Assembly: GCA_000004695.1 (NCBI GenBank)
Contig: CM000151.3
Span: forward strand, 6,400,001 to 6,464,000
Length of the DNA stretch: 64,000 nt
Direction: 5' to 3'
Origin: Dictyostelium discoideum
Lineage: Eukaryota
Position numbers and translations under genes: made by a program
Notes under the pieces: model-generated
The model's input: only the letters and a program-made list of their open reading frames with translations
The model's database searches: none
Told to the model about the DNA's origin: nothing
In this document: piece by piece, positions 18,177-30,682 of the stretch
Numbering within the stretch: the first letter of the stretch is position 1
Layout: every line of letters begins with the position of its first letter

Positions 18177-18595
18177 ATGAATAAGATATTATCAATATTT
18201 TATGTTTTTAGTTTATTTGTATTTGTAGTATTTGGTATTTATGAAGAAGAGATTGGAAAAAGAGATTGGTCAATTAGAAATATAGGTCAATATGAAAATA
18301 GTTTATATTTCCCATATGATGATACAATCTTAGTTCATTCTAAATTATTAAATAAACTCGATAATACTGAAGATACAACTACAACAACAACCACAACAAC
18401 ATCACATGTTATCAGTCTTTTAAATTCATCAAATGGCGTACAAAGATGGAGACAATTATTACCAATTCAAGAACAAACTTTTCAAACTTTAACATTTAAT
18501 AGTTTTGATAATGATTGTATGTAATTTAATAATATGAATACATATAATAATATAATATAATATATATCATTTAATTTATTTACTAATAGTATTTA

Positions 18596-18630
<35 letters not shown>

Positions 18631-21294
18631 GATTTTTTAACATTAACAAATAATAAAATTATTAGATATTGGAATAGAAATAATGGTGAATTATTATGGA
18701 GCTATGATACAAGTTTAGCAGTTGAAGGTAATTGTAATATTGCAGATATTATAAATAAAGATGGTATTATTAGAATATTATGTGATCAAGCAATTCTATT
18801 TATAAAGAGAGAGAAACAAGTTATAATATTATCAAATATAAATATTGATAATGGTATTGAATTGAAATCATTAAATTTACAAAATCTTTATTCAATCTCT
18901 AATAATAGTGATCAAATTAAATTTATAGAATTTGATTCAAAATTTAAAATTTTAACAACAACAAATAATAAAATTCAAAAATTATCAAATCCAATTCAAT
19001 CAAATCAATTAATAATAAATGAAAATCATTTAATAAATAAACAAATTTTAGTAATTTTAACAAAATCTTTTAATTTAGATATTATTAATATTAATAATAT
19101 TAATAATAATGAAGAATCAAAGATTTTCAATACAAATTTAAATAAAATTTTACCAAAAGATAATGAACAACAAGATTTAGAAATTAAATCAATTTCATCA
19201 ATTTCAAATAATAATCAATTTATAATTATTTTATCAAATGGTAATCATTTATTAGTTGAATTTAATATTGAAAATAATTCATTAGAAATTGTTAAATCAA
19301 TTAAAAGAACAAATATAATTAAAACTTCATCTACTGCCACTGCTACTACATCATCATCATCATCAATGAATTTATTAATTTATTTAATTAGTGGTAATGA
19401 AATTGAAGATGGTGAATATTCAATTGAAGTTGTGAATGGTGGTTTAATTGGTAGTGAAAAACTTTCAAGTATTTCAAAGAGATTTAATGGTTTCATTGAA
19501 AAGGTTACTAGTTTCAATGGATACATTTTAATTTCAATGTCAGATTGGTCAATCCACATGTTTAAATTAAATGGTGCAGTTGTTGAATCATTATGGTCAA
19601 GAGAAGAATCATTATCATTCATTCTATCAACTGAAATCATTGATTATCCATTACCTGATATTTCAAAATTAGCTCAACTTCAATATGAATTCAATGAAAC
19701 TGATGGTTTTTTCACTCATTTTTCAAAAAGAATTTCAACTCAAATTTCTGATATTTTTGGACTAACTACTACCACTGCTACCACTACTACCACCACTACT
19801 ACTACTGAAGAAAATGAACAAATTAAAAAAATTATAATTGTTACAACAAAATCAGGAAAAGTACTTGGATTAAATAGTAAAGATGGTAGTGTATTATGGT
19901 CAATTTTATATTTAAATTTTAATGATAAATTAAATGTAATGAAGGTTTATATTACAAAGAAAACAGTTTATGAATCACCAGAGGTTGCAATTATATTCCC
20001 ATTGTTGAATCAAGAGCCAAAGAGTTTAATTAGTTTTATTAATCCATTGGATGGAAAGGAGCGTAGTTATCGTATTATCAATCATAAGTTATTACATACA
20101 AATGTTCTCTCTCAATGGTCTGATCCAATAACTCATGCACAAATGATGTATTGGGTAATCAATTATCCAGTGGATCATCCATCACCAATGGTTACACTAT
20201 ATCCATGGAATGATAAAACTAGAAAACAATGGTCACGTTTAAAACAATACTATTTCTATTTAATTGATAAAGATCAGTCAGAGATTAAAGGTTACGGTAT
20301 CGAATCATTGGCAGATGGTAAACATGGTGGTATTAAATCAATTCCAACTTGGAATATTAAATTCAACAATGCCAAAATCATTGCCACCTCTTCAATGAAC
20401 CCTCATGAAATCATTCAATCTCCTGCTATCATTTTAGGTAATCGTGACCTTTTACCAAAGTATATCAATAGAAATATGATAACCATAGCCACTTTGGATG
20501 ATCAATCTAGTGTAGGTGCTGCTGCATCAGCAGTATCAGTGTTAACTATAACCTTGGTAGATTCAATCACTGGTGAAATTATTAAATCATTCAAACATCA
20601 ACATTCTTCAAATAAGATATCATTGGTTCAAACAGAGAATAGTGTAGTTTACTCTCATTATGATATAATGTCACAAACTCAATTGATTTCATCGATTGAT
20701 ATATTTGAGAGAAATATAGATTGGAAGACAGAGACAGTTTCAAGCTTTAATTCCACCACTGCCACTTTATCAGGTCAATTATCAGATCAATTAATAATTA
20801 AACATAAATCATTCGTTTTCGCTCACGGTCTTATTAAAACACTATCATTATCAATCACTGACAGAGGTATCACATCAAAACATATACTCGTTGGTTTAAC
20901 CAATGGTCAAATCTTACCAATAGATAAGAAATTCATAAATGCTCGTCGTCCATATCCAAGTGAAGTTACACCAAATGATGCTGAAGAACAATTGATTCCA
21001 TATAAACCAATACTTCAATTCCCACCTTGGTTATTTACAACCTATAATTCAACTGTACAAGGTTTAACAACTATCACTAGTACTGGAACTGATTTAGAAT
21101 CAACTTCTCTAGTTTTCGCTTATGGTCAACCAGATGTTTTCTGTGTCTTAATCACACCTTCACTTCCTTATGATATTCTCTCTGATCAATTCAATCATAT
21201 CTCTTTAATAGTAACATCTTTAACTCTTTTAATTTTAGCATTTGTCGCTAAAAATTATAAAAATTCTTTATTATTATCTAAAAAATGGAAATAA
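18177..21294 (+). CDS. emc1: ER membrane protein complex subunit 1 (EMC1) homologue. 2 exons: join(18177..18516, 18632..21294), about 1000 aa.
   Basis: Signal peptide, then GKRDWSIRNIGQ (human GKFDWRQQYVGK). GTATGT donor at 18517 and AG acceptor at 18630-18631 give a 115-nt intron with phase 1 (t+at = Y). Conserved blocks: LWSREESL, ITDRGITSKHILVGLTNGQILPIDKKFINARRPYPSE...EEQLIPYKP (human [34 protein letters not shown]...EENLIPYSP), and C-terminal TM LIVTSLTLLILAFVAKNY. Confidence 0.85.
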
Positions 21295-21443
21295 AACATT
21301 TTCTCTAAACAAATAAAATTAAATAAAAAAAAAAAAAATAAAAAAATAAAAAATATAAAAAATAAAAAGGTTTTTTTTTTTTGGTTTTATTTTTACACAC
21401 TAAACTAACTTATAAAATATATATTTTACATAATATTATAATT

Positions 21444-22214
21444 TTAATCCCACATTCCTTTTTTAGGTTGTTGAGAATTTATTTTATTTATTTTTGAATT
21501 TCTATTGATTGATGAACTTTTACTTTCATTATCTTCGTTATTACTTTTTGAGAATTTATTATTATTATAATTGTTATTATTATTATTATCATATGGTTTA
21601 TATCTAAATGAATTATTATTATTTTGAGCACTAATATAAGAGTTTTGTTTTTTATTTTTATCTATTAAAATATTCTCTAAATGATTTTTAGTCATTGATG
21701 ATACATCTTTTGATTTTTGTAATTCTTTTGTTTTTTGTTGTTGTTGTTGTGATTTTGATTTTTTATCATCTTTATTATCTAACATATAAAATGGTGAGTT
21801 ATTTTTACTATTTACACTTTGATTTGGATCATTTGAATTTTGTTTAATATCTGTATATTTCTTTAACATTTCAGATGTATCATTATCTTGTTTTGAATAT
21901 TTTTCAAAATGTGGTGAACATGATAACATTGAATTAATTATATTTGTAACTTCTATTGATTTTACAAAAATTTCAATATTTTCTTTTGGTTGTTGTGGTT
22001 GTTGTTGCTGTTGTAGTTGTTTTTCTTGTTGTGTTTCAGTTGTTGTTTCTATTATATTTGTTTTTTTTTTATTTTTAATTGGTTTTTGTTGTTTTATTAT
22101 ATTTGTAGATGGTTCTAATACTGATTCTGATTGTGCTGATCCTGAAATTGATGAAGATGTACCTATATCTTCATTTTCAATTTTATTGTTATTATTATTA
22201 ATTGGTTTTTTCAT
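21444..22214 (-). CDS. Hypothetical low-complexity (N/Q/K/S-rich) protein, 256 aa.
   Basis: Single ORF with ATG at 22214 in an A-rich context and coding-type trinucleotide periodicity. No recognisable domain. Confidence 0.4.
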   Translation of the reverse strand: MKKPINNNNNKIENEDIGTSSSISGSAQSESVLEPSTNIIKQQKPIKNKKKTNIIETTTETQQEKQLQQQQQPQQPKENIEIFVKSIEVTNIINSMLSCSPHFEKYSKQDNDTSEMLKKYTDIKQNSNDPNQSVNSKNNSPFYMLDNKDDKKSKSQQQQQKTKELQKSKDVSSMTKNHLENILIDKNKKQNSYISAQNNNNSFRYKPYDNNNNNNYNNNKFSKSNNEDNESKSSSINRNSKINKINSQQPKKGMWD

Positions 22215-22460
22215 TTTTCTTTTTTTTTTTTTGGTTTTTTGGTTTTTGGCTTTTTTTTTTTTTTTTTTTTTTTATATGGGTTGAATGGAATAATTTAATA
22301 AAAAGAGTGTGAAAAAAGAGAGAAAAAAAAGAGATTTTATTTATCTATGTTTTTAAAAATAATTTTATAAACAAAACGAACGAATTAATTTTTTTTTTTT
22401 TTTTTTTTTTATTTTTTTTTATTTTAAAAAATCCCAGAATTGACCGTTTTGTAATGAAAA

Positions 22461-22492
<32 letters not shown>

Positions 22493-22562
22493 ATTTTAAA
22501 TTTTTTTTTTTTTTTTTTTTTGATTAGTTATTAAACAATTATTCAATCAAAAAAAAAAAAAA

Positions 22563-24587
22563 ATGATTTCTTTAATTAAGAAATCAAATAAAAATTTAAT
22601 TTCAAATACTAGTTTAAATTTAATAAATAGATTTACAACTACAACTCCAACTCCAACAACATCAACATCAAATAATAATGAAATTATTAAATCAAATAAA
22701 TTTATAAATATTTTTAGATCAAATTTATTTATACCATTTCAAAATGATCAAAAGATTGGTAGTGATATGTTAGAGAGTCAATTATTAATGCAAAAAGGTG
22801 GATTAATTAGAAGATTATCAGCAGGTACATATTCAACTTTACCATTAGCTCAAAAGGTTATGGAAAATATAATAAAGATAATTGATGAAGAGATGGAAAA
22901 AGTTGGTGGTCAAAAAATGTCAATGCCAAAAATGTTACCAAGAGAACTTTGGGAAAAAACTGGTAGATGGGATTCAGCAGGTGACGATTTAATAAAATTA
23001 AAGGATAGAAAAGGTGAAGAGTATTGTTTAGCACCAACTCATGAAGAGGTTATAACAACCATAGTTGCCAATGAGTCATTGTCAAATAGTAGTTTTCCAA
23101 TTAAATTATATCAAATCGGTGAGAAATATCGTGATGAGGTTAGACCAAGATTTGGATTATTAAGAGGTCGTGAATTTACAATGAAAGATATGTACTCTTT
23201 CGATACAAGTAAAGAAGCTGCTGAAATCACCTATTATCAAGTTAAACAAGCCTATCATAACATTCTTGAAAGATTAGAATTACCCTATGCTTGTGTTGAA
23301 GCTGATTCTGGTAATATTGGTGGTAACATGTCTCACGAATTTCAAGTATTAGCCAATGTTGGTGAAGATTCTTTAATCTATTGTAAAAATTGTAATTATC
23401 ATGCAAATATTGAAAAAGCAAAAGGTTTACCATCAACAAATATTAAAAATTTAAAAAAACAAAAATCAATTTTAAATAAACAAATTAATCAAGAAATTAA
23501 TAATAATAACACCAATGATAATCAAGAAATTAATATAAAAATTAAAGAAATTGAAAATGAAATTAAAAATTTTAAAAATATTAAATTATCAATTATGAAA
23601 ATTACAACATTACCTTCAAATTCTGATAAAGAAATTGAAGAAATAGCTCTCATTATAAATAAATTAAATGATAATTTTAATCAATATAGTATTAAACCAA
23701 ATTATAATGATATTAAACAAACTCAAGTTTTATCACCTGAAGAATATAAAAAATATCGTTCAATTATTATGAAAGGAATTGAAAGTAAAAATGTTGATAA
23801 TAATAGCGATAAATTATTATCATTTGAAGAAATTATTAAACATAAATTATTTATTGATGGATCAGTTGAATTTGATGAAGAATCAATTTATAAACCATTG
23901 AAATCATTATTAAAGAAATTATTAAAGAGAGATTTAAGTAGAAAAGATGATTTGATTTTATCAATGAATCGTGGTCAAAATTTCAGAGAAGCTATTAAAG
24001 GTGATCTTTGTGTACAACCTGTTTGTGATGGTAAATCATTATTGGATACAAAGAGGGGTATCGAAGTTGGCCATATTTTTTATTTAGGTACTAAATATTC
24101 TTCAAAATTGGGTGCTTATTATACTGGAGCTGCTCAACAAAGAATTCCATTGGAAATGGGTTGTTTTGGTATTGGTGTATCACGTTTATTAGCTACTATT
24201 GTTGAAACTTTTAGTAAGGAAGAAACTGGTTTCATTTGGCCACAACAAGTTGCACCTTATCAAATTATCATTGTTCCAAAACATCTTAAATCTCAATTAT
24301 CACTTGCTGAATCAGTCTCTGAACAACTTCAAACTGAAATTCCATATTTAAAATCACGTATTATCATTGAAGATCGTTCTAAAGCTCATTTCGCTCAAAA
24401 AGTTTTAGAATCAAAATTCATGGGTATTCCTTACTTTTTAGTAATTGATAATAATAATAAATCAATTGAACTTGGTGAATCATCAACAAAAGTTAATTCT
24501 TTCAAAATTGAATATAAATCTGAAACTCCAACTTTAATTCAAAATCAATTTGATTTAATTAATTATTTTAAAAATAAATTTAATTAA
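22563..24587 (+). CDS. Prolyl-tRNA synthetase, bacterial/mitochondrial type (class II aaRS, PARS2-like), 674 aa, single exon.
   Basis: Class II motifs and ProRS blocks are present: GGLIRRLSAGTYSTLPLAQKV, LAPTHEEVIT, FRDEVRPRFGLLRGREFTMKDMYSFD and a C-terminal anticodon-binding region. An N/K-rich insertion interrupts the catalytic core. The N-terminus (MISLIKKSNKNLISNTSLNLINRFTTTTP) looks like a mitochondrial presequence. Confidence 0.9.
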   Translation: MISLIKKSNKNLISNTSLNLINRFTTTTPTPTTSTSNNNEIIKSNKFINIFRSNLFIPFQNDQKIGSDMLESQLLMQKGGLIRRLSAGTYSTLPLAQKVMENIIKIIDEEMEKVGGQKMSMPKMLPRELWEKTGRWDSAGDDLIKLKDRKGEEYCLAPTHEEVITTIVANESLSNSSFPIKLYQIGEKYRDEVRPRFGLLRGREFTMKDMYSFDTSKEAAEITYYQVKQAYHNILERLELPYACVEADSGNIGGNMSHEFQVLANVGEDSLIYCKNCNYHANIEKAKGLPSTNIKNLKKQKSILNKQINQEINNNNTNDNQEINIKIKEIENEIKNFKNIKLSIMKITTLPSNSDKEIEEIALIINKLNDNFNQYSIKPNYNDIKQTQVLSPEEYKKYRSIIMKGIESKNVDNNSDKLLSFEEIIKHKLFIDGSVEFDEESIYKPLKSLLKKLLKRDLSRKDDLILSMNRGQNFREAIKGDLCVQPVCDGKSLLDTKRGIEVGHIFYLGTKYSSKLGAYYTGAAQQRIPLEMGCFGIGVSRLLATIVETFSKEETGFIWPQQVAPYQIIIVPKHLKSQLSLAESVSEQLQTEIPYLKSRIIIEDRSKAHFAQKVLESKFMGIPYFLVIDNNNKSIELGESSTKVNSFKIEYKSETPTLIQNQFDLINYFKNKFN

Positions 24588-24778
24588 AATAAAATAATAA
24601 TTAAAAAAAAAAAAAAAAAAAAAAAAAAGTTTTAATTCTTTTATTCTATTTGTTTTTTTTATTTACAAATCAATTTGATTTAATTAATTATTTTAAAAAT
24701 AAATTTAAAATAAAATAAAATAATAATAATCATAATAATAATAATAAAAATAAAAAATAAAAATAAAATAAATAAATA

Positions 24779-24807
24779 AAAAGTTACTATATGTAAACTT
24801 TTATATC
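24779..24807 (+). repeat. 29-bp motif AAAAGTTACTATATGTAAACTTTTATATC, first copy of a direct repeat. The second, identical copy is at 25216-25244.
   Basis: Exact 29/29 identity between two sites 437 bp apart in the ProRS-mlcR intergenic region. This is well above chance in otherwise low-complexity DNA. Confidence 0.85.
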
Positions 24808-25311
24808 TAATTTAAATTTTATTTTTGATTACTTTATACTTGTCTGAAGAGAAGAAAAAAAAAATAAAAAAATAAAAAAAATAAAAAAAATAAAATAAAA
24901 TAAAAACACAGTAATATGTAAATACAACCCAAAAATCAAATACATATCTGTGTAACATTTTTTAGGAATCTTACAATTTAATGGCACTTAAAAGTAGATG
25001 GATCAAATTTCCAAAAAATTAAAAAAAAAAATAAAAATAAAAAAAAAAAATATGAAAAAATTTATCCACTTTTTTTTTTTATCAAATGATTTATTTGAAA
25101 ATTTTCATGAAAATTTTCTATATTTAGAATCATCGGTTTGATGTAATAAAAACCCATGGGTGCAAACATTTCAATAAAATACAAAAAAAAATAAAATAAA
25201 AAATATAATAAAAAAAAAAGTTACTATATGTAAACTTTTATATCCATTTAAAAAACTCAAAATTTTTAATTTTATATTGTCACCCATGTCAAATCCGATA
25301 ATTAAAAAAAT

Positions 25312-25347
<36 letters not shown>

Positions 25348-25498
25348 AAATCAAATCAAAATAATTATAAAAAAAATAATTAAAAAAAAAATTTAAAAAT
25401 AAAATTAATTATAAAAATATTATTGATGAGCGGTTTTGATTGAAAAAAAAAAAAAAAAAAAACAATTCATGTAAAATGAAAAAACCAATTTTTATAAT

Positions 25499-25538
<40 letters not shown>

Positions 25539-26099
25539 TTTTTTTCAAATTAAAAAAAAAAAAAAAAATATTTATTTATTTATTAATTCAAATTTCATAT
25601 AAATAATATTAATAAAAAAAATCTTTATTTTTGATTTTCTTTATTCTTATTTGTAATTGTATATAATAGTAAAAAAAAAAAATTCTCAGATTTGTAAGTC
25701 CTTCCCTTTTTTTTTTTTTTTATTTTTTTTTTTTTCCAAAAATAAAAAATAAAATAAAATAAATTAGATTTCACAACAATGAACAACAAAATACAAAAAA
25801 AAAAAAAAAAAAAAGAAGAGAAAAGAATAAATAAAGGAAACAAAAAAATCTTCTAGTTGAAGATATTAAATAAATTTTTTATTTAAACATTTGACAAAAA
25901 AAAATAATAAAAAATTTATCAAAAAAAATAATTAAAAGAAAGAATAAAAAAAAAAAAAAATAATAACCAAAAAAAAAAGAAAAAAAAAAAAGAAATATAT
26001 TACATGTGGAAAAAAAAAAAAAAAAAAAAACTAAAAAAAAAAATAGATAAAAAGATATATAATAGATAGTGTTCGTTTATCAACCACTTTATTCAAGTT

Positions 26100-26105
26100 A
26101 TGATT

Positions 26106-26138
<33 letters not shown>

Positions 26139-26412
26139 GCAAAACAAAAATTATTTTTTTTCAGTTTTTTTTTTCATAAAAAAAATTTGATTTTTTATTT
26201 TTATTTTTTTTATTTTTTTTATTTTTTATTTTTTTTTTTATTTTTTTTTTTTTTTTTATAAATTTTTTTTTTTTTTTTTCATTTTAGAAATCTTTTTTAA
26301 CAACCCAACTTTTTTTTTTCATTATCCCCTGTTGTACTATTAAAAAATTTATTATTATTTTTCAAATTTCTCCAATTCTTTGTATTAAATTTTCCTCAAC
26401 CATAAAATAAAA
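26100..26412 (+). promoter_or_regulatory. mlcR: Putative mlcR promoter region: long oligo(dT)/oligo(dA) tracts upstream of an A-rich initiator context (ataaaataaaaATG).
   Basis: T26 run at 26109-26136 and further T runs at 26200-26280 sit directly 5' of the ATG-only first exon. Position is inferred only and was not mapped. Confidence 0.3.
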
Positions 26413-26486
26413 ATGGTAAATTTTTATAATTAATATAAAACCTTTAAATAAATAATTAAAAGTTTTAAATAAAAAAATAAACAATT

Positions 26487-26550
<64 letters not shown>

Positions 26551-27239
26551 ATATATAAAAGAATAATAGAAAATAAATAAATAAATAGATAATAAAAATA
26601 AATAACAGTAATAGCAGTAATGATATGATGATGATGATAATAATAAAAATAAATAATAAGAATAATAAAAATAAATCCAAATGATAATTTTATTTAGTTA
26701 ATAATTTTTATTTTTTTTTTTTTTTTTTTATATATATAATATTAATAGGCCTCAACCAAAAGAAGATTAAACAGAGAAGAATCATCTGTAGTTTTAGGTG
26801 AAGAACAAGTTGCTGAATTAAAAGAAGCTTTTGAACTCTTTGATAAAGATAGAACTGGTTTCATTAAAAAGGATGCCTTAAAAACCACCTGTAAACAATT
26901 TGGTGTTTTTGTTATGGAAGATCAATTAGATGCCATGTTTGCTGAAGCTGATACCACCAAATCTGGTGCTATTGGTTTCCCAGAATTTATGTCAATGATG
27001 TCCCGTCGTATGAAACAAGTATGTATTTTTTAACTCAATCACTCAAAATATTACATAATAATCCTGTAACTGAATCAGTTACAATTTCCATATTTCTTTT
27101 TTTTTGAACTTTTTTTTTTTTTTTTGAAAATTTTTTCAACCAAAAAAAAAAAAAACCCAACCCACATTTTTCAAATAATTAAAACTTTCCTTGTGACAAA
27201 AAAAAAAAATTGGGAAAAAAAAATTTTGGGAAAAAAAAA

Positions 27240-27275
<36 letters not shown>

Positions 27276-27552
27276 AGGAACTAACAAAAAAAATTTTTTT
27301 TTTTATTTTTTTCCTTCTTTTATCATTTTTTAATTTTAGACTTCAAATGAACAAATTTTAATGAACGCTTTTAAAACTTTTGATCCAGAAGGTAATGGTT
27401 ACATCTTAACAAAAGATTTATCTAAAGCCTTAACAACTTTGGGTGATAAATTAACTGAAGCAGAGTTACAAGAATTGTTATCAATTTCAGAAAACGAACA
27501 AAAGCAAGTTAAATATGACCTTTTCGTTAATACTCTCTTCAGTAAAAAATAA
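26413..27552 (+). CDS. mlcR: Myosin II regulatory light chain (EF-hand). 3 exons: join(26413..26415, 26749..27018, 27340..27552), 161 aa. Exon 1 is the ATG only.
   Basis: The spliced product MASTKRRLNREESSVVLGEEQVAELKEAFELFDKDRTGFIKKDALKTT...MKQ|TSNEQILMNAFKTFDPEGNGYILTKDL...LFSKK matches the known Dictyostelium RLC. ATG|GTAAAT at 26413-26421, acceptor aatAG at 26747-26748, donor CAA|GTATGT at 27019, acceptor tttAG at 27338-27339. All junctions are phase 0 and the total is 486 nt. Confidence 0.95.
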
Positions 27553-27906
27553 AGTGATTATTAAATAGTGGAAAAAAAAAAAAAGTATGTTAAAAACGTT
27601 TAGGGAGAAGAAATTAAATAAAAAAAAAAAAAAATATATAAAAAAAACAAAAAAAAAAAAAATCTATATTTAAATAAAACCCTGAATATGTAAAAATATA
27701 TTTTTTTAAAAATGTCTAATGACATTTCTTTTTTTTTTTCCATTTTTTTTTGATTTAAAGAATATGGTTCTAAATAATTCGTAAATGAAAAATCAAAAAA
27801 AATATCTTTTTTTTTTTTAAACAATTTTTTTTTTTTATTTTTCACTGTTTTGTTTGCATTTTTTTTTTTTTTTTGTTGAGTTTAAAAAATCTTAAATAAA
27901 TTAATA

Positions 27907-28684
27907 ATGATTAAAATTATTTTTACCTTTATTTTATTATCTGTTTTATTGTATCTTTCTGAATCAAAATTTGCAAATTTTTTACCCCACTCAAATAATG
28001 ATTGTAGTGATGGAAATCCATATGGTAATGTTCATAATTATTAACCCTTTCAAATTTATTTTTTTATTTTTTTATTTTTTTTGTTTGGAGCTAATTCAAA
28101 GGGTTTTTAATTAAATAGGTATAGGTTATTCAATACAATTAAATATATGTATATCAGCTATTTCAAGTAATCTTTTTTTAAAATTAGGAAATAGCAATAA
28201 TAGTAGTAGTAGTAGTAGTAGTAGTAGTAATGATGATAATGATAATTTATTGATAGTAGAACAATATGAAGGTGGTGAATGTTCACAAGAAAATCCAACC
28301 ACAACTAGTTATTTTAAATTGGATAGTAATAAAAATACTTGTATTACAACACCATATTTTCAAGAATTAAATAGTACAACAAGTCCACCAATTCTTTATT
28401 CAAAGGTTGTTATTAGTGATATACCAATTTTTCCCAAAAATTCAATTGTTTTTGGTCAATTTGAACAACAATGTATCTCAAATAATCTATTATATTCATA
28501 TTCTTTTTCAAATGGTTTGAAGCTTATTGAAGATAGTGCTAATAATATAACAGATACCTATATTTGTTCAAAGAACAGACCAGCCTTACAATATTGCATT
28601 GCTGGAAAATGTATTATAAAAAAAATTGAAGAGAAATGTATTGGTACAACTGACTTGAAAATTAGTGCATTTTGTCAAAATTAA
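27907..28684 (+). CDS. Small secreted cysteine-rich protein (signal peptide + poly-S linker + 8-Cys domain). 2 exons: join(27907..28024, 28188..28684), about 204 aa.
   Basis: Exon 1 (MIKIIFTFILLSVLLYLSESKF...GNPYG) ends at g|GTAATG (28025). The in-frame stop at 28166 forces the acceptor downstream, and ttAG at 28186-28187 restores phase 1 (g+ga = G) into SSSSSSSSSNDDNDNLLIVEQYEGGECSQENPTTTSYFKL... The listed ORF start at 28250 is a TTG. Confidence 0.5.
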
Positions 28685-28754
28685 TTAAATAAAGAAAAAA
28701 TTATATTGATTATTATTTATTATTAATTATAAACTATTATTATAATTTTACCAT

Positions 28755-28786
<32 letters not shown>

Positions 28787-28865
28787 TGTTCAGTATTAGT
28801 TGAGTTTTAATTTTTTTTTTATTTGTAATATTTTCTTAAAATTTTTAAAAATTTTTATTGCAGTA

Positions 28866-28984
<119 letters not shown>

Positions 28985-29265
28985 TATTTAAAAAATTAAC
29001 AATTAATTTTATAAAAATTAATTTTCATTTCCTTGATTTATCAACTAAAAGAAATCAGAATTTCATAACCAAATTTTTTAGATGTATTAGTGGTGTTAAT
29101 CTCTGATTATTATTTAAACTTATTTTTTTTTTAAATTATAAATAAATTATTTTGAAAAATTTTATCTTTTTTCTGTTTTATTTTTTTTTTTAAATTAATT
29201 AATTTTTTTTTCCTAAACAGTTTTAAAGAAAAAAAAAAAAAATAAAATAAAAAGAATTAATCAAA

Positions 29266-30461
29266 ATGAAATATATACATCATATATTCATAATTTTATT
29301 AATTTTTGTGTTTGCAAGTCTAAATAAAGTAGAGGCTGGTAATTTCCTTTTTCCACCAGTTCCAAGTTTGTATTTTGCATTTATATTAAAATTAAAGTTT
29401 TATTTTAAAAATTATTATTAATTTTTTTTTTTATTATAAAAAAAATAGCTAAACCACCGAAAACTCCTAAACCTGTAAGACCAACTTCTTCTCCATTAGG
29501 ACCTCCTGAAAAAAATGATGAAAATTATGGTACACCAGTCAATGGTGATAGACCAAAATGGATTGAAAGATCAGCACATTTATTAACCAATATACTTAGA
29601 ATTGATCCACAAGGATATAAAAAAATGTTTTTTACAGGAGGAGAAACTATGTATAATGTTTTATCTAAAGGTGGAATATATCAACCAATGCATCCATTAT
29701 ATTATAGAAGAGATCTTGATAAATCAGCATTGTCTCATTCAGAAGATATGTCATCAACACCTTGCTTCCAACATCCATCATGTAATGGAACTGATACAGA
29801 TACTCGTTTACGTTACTTTTACACTGGATGTGGTGACCCAAATCAAGACGAAAGTAGTTATGGTGAAAATATTTTAAAAGGAATGAAAACTGCTAAAGAT
29901 TCAATCAATTATTGGATATGTGAAAATTGGCCTATAGGAAATGGAATTTGTGTTTCTGATGGATCAAATGATGGCCATAGAAGTAATCTATTAAATAGTG
30001 ATTTTTATTCGATTGGAATAGCATCAAAATTAAGTAATGTTGATTCATTAGTTTATTGGACTCAAGATTTTGATAGTTCAATTTGTCCAATGGATATCGC
30101 AGATTTACCAATTCATAGTGGCTCTCATATCTTTTCAGATGATAAATCATCTTGTACATTTGGTGTAACATTTTTTTCAGAGAGGAAATCCATTACATCA
30201 GTAATGGGAAAGGTTTATATCAATTATAATACAGAAATAACTGAAGAACCATTTGTTTTTGATTTAACCTTGAAAATTGGATCGACAACAAAAGGTGTTT
30301 ATTTTTATGACACTTCAAACTTTTCAAAAAATGATTCTTATTATTTTGAATTTACAATTCTGGATAATTCTAAATCAATAACCTATAGATATCCACAGAA
30401 AGGATATTTAAGATTAATTGATGAATCAATTTTAGATGAACCATCTTGGGTTAAAGTTTAA
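29266..30461 (+). CDS. Secreted CAP/SCP/PR-1-like domain protein. 2 exons: join(29266..29365, 29449..30461), about 370 aa.
   Basis: Signal peptide MKYIHHIFIILLIFVFASLNKVEA. GTTTGT donor at 29366 and aaaatAG acceptor at 29447-29448 keep phase 1 (a+ct = T). A proline-rich linker precedes a CAP-like core (YGENILKG ... GHRSNLLNSDFYSIGIA resembling the YGENLA and GHYTQVVW-type motifs), followed by a C-terminal beta-rich region. Confidence 0.6.
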
Positions 30462-30682
30462 AATAAATTTTTAAAGTTTTTTTTTATTTATTTTTTAAAA
30501 AAAATTTATTTTATATATTTTAAATTATAATTTAATAATAACATTTATTTTATTTTAATTTATTATTATTATTATTATTATTATAATTTAAATTTGATAT
30601 AAGAAAATAATTATTCTATTTTTCAGAATTTATATATTTGGAAATCAAATTGATGTTGGTTAAAATTAATTAATTCAATTAT

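Noticed and set aside
19380-19640. ORF 19380..19640 (-) within EMC1
   Set aside because: It is antisense to a conserved EMC1 region.
25085-25160. Possible heat-shock element / DUSE-like small-RNA promoter (TTCatGAAaatTTTC, CCCATG)
   Set aside because: The spacing of the GAA/TTC units is imperfect and CCCATGG does not match the DUSE core [AT]CCCA[CT]AA. It is mentioned only inside the repeat finding.
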